DNA from: an uncultured Bacillales bacterium
GTDB taxonomy: Bacteria; Bacillota_I; Bacilli_A; RFN20; CAG-826
Length of the DNA: 64,000 nucleotides
Assembly: GCA_946647665.1 (NCBI GenBank)
Contig: CAMPCW010000001.1
Location: forward strand, 4,084-68,083
Reading direction: 5' to 3'
In this document: piece after piece, positions 57,594 through 64,000 of the stretch
Layout of the letters: each line of letters opens with the position of its first letter
How positions within the stretch are numbered: the stretch's first letter is position 1
Notes under the pieces: model-generated
Told to the model about the DNA's origin: nothing
Databases searched by the model: none
Seen by the model: only the letters and a program-made list of their open reading frames with translations
Position numbers and translations under genes: made by a program

Positions 57594-59020
57594 TGAAAAT
57601 CGCGATGGCTTGTAGCGAGGCTAATCCTTTTGTTAAAACTGGTGGCCTTGCCGATGTGACATACGCTCTATCTAAAGAATTAGTCAAACTTGGTGAAGAA
57701 GTTGTCATTGTTCTTCCTTTATATAATCAAATCAAGGCTAAAAACCTTCCTTTAGAATATGTTGGTTATATGACTTGCCATTTATCATGGAGAGAAGAAG
57801 GTGCTAACATCTATTATTTACAAAAAGATGGCATTAAATACTATTTTCTTGAAAATAGGCATTATTTTGAACGCGACAAGATATATGGCTATGATGATGA
57901 TGGAGAACGTTTTGCGTTTTATTCTGTAGCCTTTCCTCAATTATTAGAGCAAGTGGGTTTTAAACCAGATATCATTCACGCTCACGATTGGCAACCAGGA
58001 ATGACATTCTGCTATATCAGAGAAAAACGCATGTCCTTCTTTGATAACACTAAATTTGTGATGTCAATTCATAATCCTGCTTTCCAAGGAATTTTAGATA
58101 GATCCGCTTTAGGCGATTTATTTGGCTTACCAGATTATTTATACGATAACGGCACAGTTCGCTTTATGGATAAGGTCTCTTCTTTAAAAGCAGGGATTAT
58201 GTACGCTAATAAAGTGACAACCGTTTCCCCTAATCATAGAAATGAATTATTAACTCCTGAAGGAAGTATGGGCTTAAATAATATCCTTATTTATAAGGAA
58301 TATGATTTCTGCGGCATACTTAACGGCATTGACTATAACGAATTTAATCCTGAAAAAGATAACTTAATTGTTAAAAACTATGGAGCAAATAATTTTGTAA
58401 CTGGTAAAAAAGCTAATAAGAAAGCACTCTTAAAAAGATTTAACATCAAAAATGAATCTTTACCTTTATATTCTTTAGTTAGTAGAGTGACTTGGCAAAA
58501 AGGTATGTCTTTAGTGTTTGCTGCTGCTAGATCTTTACTTGATAGAGGAGCAAATATCATCCTTCTTGGAAGTGGTGAATATGACTACGAACAAGAGATG
58601 GAGCGTTTAAGAAGAGACTATCCAGAGCATGTTGGAATTTATGTCGGCTACAATAATGAGCTTGCTCATTTAATTTACGCAGGTAGTGATTTCTTTATGA
58701 TGCCGTCTTTATTTGAGCCTTGTGGCTTAGGACAAATGATTGCCCAAAGATATGGAACTTTACCAATCGTTAGAAGAACAGGCGGATTAAAAGATTCAGT
58801 TATCAATTATGATTCCTCAAATAAAGAGATATCAAATGGATATGGCTTTGACAATTTCTCCGAATTTGATATGATTCAAACTTGCCACTATGCATACGAT
58901 ATATTCGTATGGGATAATAAAACACATCGTCAGTTAGTAAAGAATGCTTTATTAACTGATAATAGTTGGGAAAAAAGTGGTAATTCCTACCACATGTTAT
59001 ACAAAGAAATTGTTGGTTAA
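57593..59020 (+). CDS. glgA: Glycogen synthase (ADP-glucose type)
   Basis: N-terminal KTGGLADV. GT-B fold of GT5 family. Length is 475 aa. Confidence 0.9.
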   Translation: MKIAMACSEANPFVKTGGLADVTYALSKELVKLGEEVVIVLPLYNQIKAKNLPLEYVGYMTCHLSWREEGANIYYLQKDGIKYYFLENRHYFERDKIYGYDDDGERFAFYSVAFPQLLEQVGFKPDIIHAHDWQPGMTFCYIREKRMSFFDNTKFVMSIHNPAFQGILDRSALGDLFGLPDYLYDNGTVRFMDKVSSLKAGIMYANKVTTVSPNHRNELLTPEGSMGLNNILIYKEYDFCGILNGIDYNEFNPEKDNLIVKNYGANNFVTGKKANKKALLKRFNIKNESLPLYSLVSRVTWQKGMSLVFAAARSLLDRGANIILLGSGEYDYEQEMERLRRDYPEHVGIYVGYNNELAHLIYAGSDFFMMPSLFEPCGLGQMIAQRYGTLPIVRRTGGLKDSVINYDSSNKEISNGYGFDNFSEFDMIQTCHYAYDIFVWDNKTHRQLVKNALLTDNSWEKSGNSYHMLYKEIVG

Positions 59021-59045
59021 TTATTAATTAAAACGAGGTAGATAT

Positions 59046-61451
59046 ATGGGCTACGATTATCAAAACATTGAAAAGAAGTGGCAGGCTGTGTGGGAAGAGA
59101 ATAAAACATACACCTGTGATGTATATGACTTTTCTAAACCAAAATATTACATTCTAGACATGTTTCCTTATCCAAGTGGACAAGGCTTGCATGTTGGTCA
59201 TCCTGAAGGTTATACCGCTAGTGATGTATTAGCAAGAATGAAAAGAATGCAGGGCTTTAATGTCCTTCATCCTATTGGTTGGGATTCTTTTGGTTTACCA
59301 GCCGAACAATATGCGATGAAAACTAATCAGCACCCATCTATTATTACCGAAGTTAATATCAATAATTTTAGAAGACAAATTAAATCCTTAGGATTTTCTT
59401 ATGACTGGAGTCGAGAAATTGCAACTAGTGACCCTAGTTACTATAAATGGACCCAATGGATCTTTTTGAATTTATTTAATTCAGATTTAGCTTACGTTGA
59501 TTATCGACCAGTGAATTTCTGTCCAACTTTAGGAACAGTTCTCGCTAATGAAGAAGTAATCGATGGAAAAAGTGAAGTTGGTGGCTATCCTGTAATTAGA
59601 AAACCAATGAGACAGTGGTTGCTTAAAATCACTAAATACGCTGATAGATTACTAGAAGACTTAAAGGAATTAGATTGGCCTGCTTCTACTCTTGAGATGC
59701 AAAAGAATTGGATTGGCAGAAGTGTAGGTGCAAAAGTTACTTTTAAAATTAAAGGAACAGATAAATCGTTTGATGTATTTACCACTCGAGTAGACACATT
59801 ATATGGATGTAGTTACTGCGTCCTTGCTCCTGAACATCCTTTAGTTAAAGAATTAGTTTCTAAAGAACAAAAGCCAGCAGTAGATGCTTATTTAAAAGAA
59901 GTGGAATCTAAATCTGATTTAGAAAGAACTGAACTTAATAAAGATAAGACTGGTGTTTTTCTTGGCGCATATGCAATTAATCCTATTAACGGAGAGGAAG
60001 TACCAATTTATATTGGCGACTATGTTTTAGCAAGTTATGGCACTGGCGCCGTGATGGCGGTTCCTGCTCATGACCAAAGAGACTATGAATTTGCTAAAAA
60101 ATACAATTTACCAATTAAACAAGTTTTAGAAGGTGATATCTCTATTGCTGCCTTTACTGGTGATGCTGCTCATATTAATAGCGATATAGCTAATGGATTA
60201 AATATTGAACAAGCTAAAGAAGTTATCTTAGATAAACTTATTAAAGAAGGAAACGGAGAAAAACAAGTTAATTACAAATTAAGAGACTGGTTATTCTCTC
60301 GTCAACGTTATTGGGGTGAACCAATCCCAATTATCATTAAAGATAATGGTGAATTAGTTCCACTTAAAGACTATGATCTTCCTTTAGTGCTTCCGGAAAT
60401 GAAAGAATATAAGCCAAGTGGCACTGGTGAATCTCCTTTAGCTAATGCTAAAGAATGGTTAAGTGTTACTTTACCTAGTGGAGAGCACGGCCTACGAGAA
60501 ACTAACACCATGCCTCAATGGGCTGGAAGTTGTTGGTATTATATGCGATATATTGATCCTCATAATGATAAATGTATCGGAGATAAGAAATTATTAGATC
60601 ACTGGTTACCAGTTGATTTATATATTGGTGGAGCAGAGCACGCAGTGCTTCATTTGCTTTACGCTAGATTCTGGCACAAGTTCCTTTTTGATAAAGGGAT
60701 AGTGTCGTGTAAAGAACCATTTAAAAAATTATTCCACCAAGGAATGATTTTAGGTTCTAACGGAGAAAAGATGTCTAAATCTAGAGGTAACGTCGTTAAT
60801 CCTGATGATGTGGTCGCTAATTATGGAGCGGACTCCTTAAGATTATATGAAATGTTTATGGGACCTTTAGAAGCGTCTTTACCGTGGAGCGATACTGGTT
60901 TAGATGGAGCAAAACGATATTTAGATAGAGTCTATCGTTTATTCACCGAAGAAGAAAATACTGGCAAATTCACTTCAGTGAATGATGGAAAACTAGACTA
61001 TATTTACAATTTCTCCATTAAAAAGATTACTGAAGATTTTGAAGCCTTAAGATTTAACACCGCGATTAGCCAAATGATGGTGTTCACTAATGAATTATAT
61101 AAAGCAGATAAGATTTATGTTCCTTATTTAGAAGGCTTTTTAAAGACTCTAGCCTGTATTGCCCCTCATTTAGGAGAAGAGTTATGGCAATTATTAGGCC
61201 ATAAAGACTTAATTGATTTTGAACCTTGGCCAACTTATGACGAATCAAAGACAGTTTTAGCTAATGTTCAAGTTGCAGTTTCCGTTAACGGCAAACTAAG
61301 AGCGACATTGGATATTGCTAAAGATATGGACGATGAAGAAGCTAAAAAACTCGCTTTTGCTCTTGAAGCAGTGAAACGTCATATTGAAGGCAAAGAAATC
61401 AAAAAAGTGATTGTTGTTAAAAACAAGATTATTAATATTGTTGCAATTTAA
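59046..61451 (+). CDS. leuS: Leucyl-tRNA synthetase
   Basis: Class I motifs: HVGH ([14 protein letters not shown]) and KMSKS. Length is 801 aa. Confidence 0.95.
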   Translation: MGYDYQNIEKKWQAVWEENKTYTCDVYDFSKPKYYILDMFPYPSGQGLHVGHPEGYTASDVLARMKRMQGFNVLHPIGWDSFGLPAEQYAMKTNQHPSIITEVNINNFRRQIKSLGFSYDWSREIATSDPSYYKWTQWIFLNLFNSDLAYVDYRPVNFCPTLGTVLANEEVIDGKSEVGGYPVIRKPMRQWLLKITKYADRLLEDLKELDWPASTLEMQKNWIGRSVGAKVTFKIKGTDKSFDVFTTRVDTLYGCSYCVLAPEHPLVKELVSKEQKPAVDAYLKEVESKSDLERTELNKDKTGVFLGAYAINPINGEEVPIYIGDYVLASYGTGAVMAVPAHDQRDYEFAKKYNLPIKQVLEGDISIAAFTGDAAHINSDIANGLNIEQAKEVILDKLIKEGNGEKQVNYKLRDWLFSRQRYWGEPIPIIIKDNGELVPLKDYDLPLVLPEMKEYKPSGTGESPLANAKEWLSVTLPSGEHGLRETNTMPQWAGSCWYYMRYIDPHNDKCIGDKKLLDHWLPVDLYIGGAEHAVLHLLYARFWHKFLFDKGIVSCKEPFKKLFHQGMILGSNGEKMSKSRGNVVNPDDVVANYGADSLRLYEMFMGPLEASLPWSDTGLDGAKRYLDRVYRLFTEEENTGKFTSVNDGKLDYIYNFSIKKITEDFEALRFNTAISQMMVFTNELYKADKIYVPYLEGFLKTLACIAPHLGEELWQLLGHKDLIDFEPWPTYDESKTVLANVQVAVSVNGKLRATLDIAKDMDDEEAKKLAFALEAVKRHIEGKEIKKVIVVKNKIINIVAI

Positions 61452-61452
61452 A

Positions 61453-62184
61453 ATGAAGCTATTAATTGATATTGGAAATACCGCTACTAAGTTTGGCTAT
61501 TTAGATGATGACTTTCATTATTTATCTAGATGTTTTAATAGTGAACTAAATAATGAAAAATTAGATTCTTTATTGCCTAAAGGCAATATTGAAGAAATTT
61601 ACGTTAGTAGTGTTGCTCCTAAAATCACTGAATTACTAAGTAATTATTTTCTAAAGAAGTATAACTTAGACATTAAAGAATTCGCTGTCACTGATTTTGA
61701 TAATTTAAAAATTAAAATTGATAACAAAAATGAATTAGGTTTAGACCTATTTTGTGATTTAGTGGGAGCTGTAAATAAATATCATTCTCCAATGCTAATT
61801 ATCGATATGGGAACAGCGACTAAAATCTTATTAGTCACAAAAGATAATGTTTTTAATAGTTGTGTCATCCTTCCTGGAATGGGCATTAGTAAACGCATTT
61901 TAAATGAAGCGACTGAACTTCTTCCTAATACTGATTTAGATGAAGTAAAGAAATTATCAGAATCTAGAAACACTATTGATGTTATAAATAGCAGTATTTA
62001 CTATGGTCACGTAGAAATGATTAACGGACTATTAGAAAGATACGAAAATGAAATTGGATATAAGTGCTTGCATATCTTTACTGGCGGTAACGCTAACAAG
62101 ATTTTAAAAGATATCAAAGCCCCATATATTTATGATGAAAATCTTTGTTTAGAAGGAATTTCTATTTACGTCAAAAAGAGGTAA
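61453..62184 (+). CDS. coaX: Type III pantothenate kinase
   Basis: The N-terminus MKLLIDIGNTATKFG (ASKHA fold, CoaX signature). The ATG at 61453 lies immediately after the leuS stop. Confidence 0.85.
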   Translation: MKLLIDIGNTATKFGYLDDDFHYLSRCFNSELNNEKLDSLLPKGNIEEIYVSSVAPKITELLSNYFLKKYNLDIKEFAVTDFDNLKIKIDNKNELGLDLFCDLVGAVNKYHSPMLIIDMGTATKILLVTKDNVFNSCVILPGMGISKRILNEATELLPNTDLDEVKKLSESRNTIDVINSSIYYGHVEMINGLLERYENEIGYKCLHIFTGGNANKILKDIKAPYIYDENLCLEGISIYVKKR

Positions 62185-62188
62185 GAAT

Positions 62189-63565
62189 ATGAAAAAAACA
62201 AATTATGACAAACTTACAGGAAAATACCAAAAACAATTGCTCAAATCTTTAGAAGAGTTTGTGGCAATTAATTCATGCTATGATCCAGTCACAGTTAATG
62301 AGACTAACCCCTTTGGAGCAGGAGTTTCTGATGCGCTAAATTACATCACTAACTTAGCAAGAAATGATGGCTTTGAGGTGACAAATTACGATAACAAAGT
62401 TGTAGAAATCATTTATGGAAGAGGAAAGAAAAATTTAACCATCATGGCTCACGCTGACGTTGTGCCTGCTGGCGATGGTTGGATTGATCCTCCATTTAAA
62501 ATGGTGGAGAAAAAAGGTGTCCTTTATGGAAGAGGTGTATCTGATGATAAAGGACCATTACTTGCGACTTACTACGCCTTAAAAGCCCTTAGAGATGAAG
62601 GAATGCTCGGCGGATATGAGATTAGATTCTTAGTAGGTGGAAACGAAGAAAGTGGTTCTTTATGTATGCATCATTATTTTGATGTTCTTAAAAAGAAGCA
62701 ACCTACTTTAGGTTTCTCTCCTGATAGTGATTTCCCTTTAATTTATGCTGAAAAAGGAATAATTAACTTTACTGTTAAAGCAAAAGTAGATATTCCAGGA
62801 TTAATATCTATTAAAGGTGGCACTGCTAGTAACGCAGTTATTGATCGATGCGTACTCAAACACGATATTGATTTAAACTTCTTGAAATATATCATGGAGC
62901 ATTATCATCGTAATGAGGCGGTAATCTTAACTGAGGATGATGTAACTACTGTGACATTTATTGGTAAAGCTGCTCATGGTTCTACTCCAGAAAAAGGCGT
63001 TAATGCTGGTATGATGGCGTTAAAATCAATCGCTGAATTTTCTAAAAATGAAACCTTACTTAGACTTTTGAAGACTTATGAACCATTAGATGGCAAAGGA
63101 TATGGCTGTGCAGCAAGTAATAAAGCAATGGGCACTAACTCTTCTAATGTTGGCTTAATTTCTTATAAAGACGGAGTTTTAGAATTAACTGTTAACTTCC
63201 GTTATATCAATACTTGTGAATATAAAGAATTAGTGGCTGCAATTAAAGAAGCAAATAAAGGATTTGAACTAATTAATGAAGGCACCAGTCCATTATTATT
63301 TTTCCCACAAGATAGTGTACTTATTAAAACCTTATTAAAGGCTTATCAAGATGAAACTGGTGATTTAGAAAGTAAGCCTCTTGCTATTGGTGGGGGAACT
63401 TATGCAAAATGCGCTGATAATGTTGTAGCCTTTGGTATGCAATTCCCTGGTTTTGATAGTTTGATGCATTCTCCAGGAGAGATGACTAAAAAAGAAGATT
63501 TATTTAAAGCTATGAGCATCTATGCTCGAGCAATACATGACCTTGGAGAAGTTTTAAAGCAATAA
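62189..63565 (+). CDS. pepV: M20-family dipeptidase (PepV/Sapep-like)
   Basis: Metal ligands in HADVVPAGDGW and GGNEESG, with a dimerisation/lid insert. Length is 458 aa. Confidence 0.8.
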   Translation: MKKTNYDKLTGKYQKQLLKSLEEFVAINSCYDPVTVNETNPFGAGVSDALNYITNLARNDGFEVTNYDNKVVEIIYGRGKKNLTIMAHADVVPAGDGWIDPPFKMVEKKGVLYGRGVSDDKGPLLATYYALKALRDEGMLGGYEIRFLVGGNEESGSLCMHHYFDVLKKKQPTLGFSPDSDFPLIYAEKGIINFTVKAKVDIPGLISIKGGTASNAVIDRCVLKHDIDLNFLKYIMEHYHRNEAVILTEDDVTTVTFIGKAAHGSTPEKGVNAGMMALKSIAEFSKNETLLRLLKTYEPLDGKGYGCAASNKAMGTNSSNVGLISYKDGVLELTVNFRYINTCEYKELVAAIKEANKGFELINEGTSPLLFFPQDSVLIKTLLKAYQDETGDLESKPLAIGGGTYAKCADNVVAFGMQFPGFDSLMHSPGEMTKKEDLFKAMSIYARAIHDLGEVLKQ

Positions 63566-63569
63566 AAAG

Positions 63570-64000
63570 ATGCGCACAAAATTTAAAGCTTGGACCATTC
63601 CATATTTAGAAGAACATCAAGAATACTCTTTAACTGATGAAGAATTATCTTCATTAGATGATTTTTATTTAGAAATCGGTAGTGGTAAAGGTGATTTCAT
63701 CATCCAAATGTCAGAAAAATTTCCTGACCGATTATTTTTAGGTGTTGAAAAGAATGTTACTTGTGCGGGAATTACTTTAAAAAAGATTGTGGAAAAAGAA
63801 CCTCAAAATGTGAAATTTCTCTTTAAGGATGGCGCGGAAGTGGTTCGCTTTATCAAAGATCATTCTATAAATAAGATTTATCTTAATTTCTCTGATCCTT
63901 GGCCAAAGAAAAGACATTCTAAAAGAAGATTAACAAGTGTCAACTTTTTAGAAGAATATAAACGAATTTTAAAACCTAACGGCAATTTAGTGTTTAAAAC
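63570..64000 (+). CDS. trmB: tRNA (guanine-N7)-methyltransferase TrmB (5' part; continues past the window end)
   Basis: Translation is MRTKFKAWTIPYLEEH...LEIGSGKGDF...NFSDPWPKKRH, the TrmB signature. It is missing from the track because it is truncated by the window. Confidence 0.8.
   Translation, partial: MRTKFKAWTIPYLEEHQEYSLTDEELSSLDDFYLEIGSGKGDFIIQMSEKFPDRLFLGVEKNVTCAGITLKKIVEKEPQNVKFLFKDGAEVVRFIKDHSINKIYLNFSDPWPKKRHSKRRLTSVNFLEEYKRILKPNGNLVFK

Overview
This 64 kb window is from a low-GC (about 30% GC) Firmicutes/Mollicutes-like chromosome that uses the standard code. TGA is a stop codon, for example the ppa stop at 40934-40936, and the long conserved genes are unbroken. The content is mostly tightly packed housekeeping operons, with one small decayed island at a tRNA-Gly.

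Features that point to a wall-less Mollicutes-like (Acholeplasma-like) lineage:
- a short ClpB (713 aa) that lacks the N-domain
- an ATP synthase b subunit with a lipoprotein signal
- a PrkC-like Ser/Thr kinase with no transmembrane helix or PASTA repeats
- many apparently leaderless genes, with a TATAAT box only 7-8 nt upstream of the ATG and no Shine-Dalgarno sequence

Content in order:
- A Y-family DNA polymerase with a YolD-like partner and a partial membrane gene at the window start.
- An SDR epimerase and a HAD hydrolase.
- tRNA-Ser(GCU).
- AdhE carrying an unusual N-terminal helix-turn-helix extension.
- An amidohydrolase.
- Two divergent genes of unknown function.
- RdgB.
- ClpB behind a sigma-A promoter bracketed by two CIRCE (HrcA) operators.
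- An acyl-ACP thioesterase, a membrane protein and a lipoprotein esterase.
- A SHOCT-domain protein.
- A decayed integrative-element remnant, bounded by a duplicated tRNA-Gly 3' end and containing two RhuM-family pseudogene fragments.
- tRNA-Gly(UCC), thioredoxin, a TraX-like protein and a CPBP protease.
- A roughly 10 kb mixed operon: IMPACT, mrp, pepP, glpK, addB, addA and a coupled gene of unknown function.
- A uridine-kinase-like fusion protein.
- A likely PPi-type phosphofructokinase co-oriented with the complete F1Fo ATP synthase operon (atpI-BEFHAGDC), followed by ppa and trmL.
- An NFACT/RqcH-like protein.
- gmk, priA, an acidic hypothetical protein and a Big_3-repeat surface protein.
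- A degenerate RsmB-like gene followed by rlmN, stp, prkC, rsgA and rpe.
- rpmB.
- glgC, glgD, glgA, leuS, coaX, pepV and the start of trmB.

I found no CRISPR array, rRNA, intact mobile element, restriction-modification system or classical toxin-antitoxin pair. The candidates I would follow up for possible novelty are:
- the AdhE HTH fusion
- the gene of unknown function coupled to addA
- the divergent unknown pair at 8354-10550
- the island remnant at tRNA-Gly
- the atypical C-terminal anchor of the Big_3 surface protein
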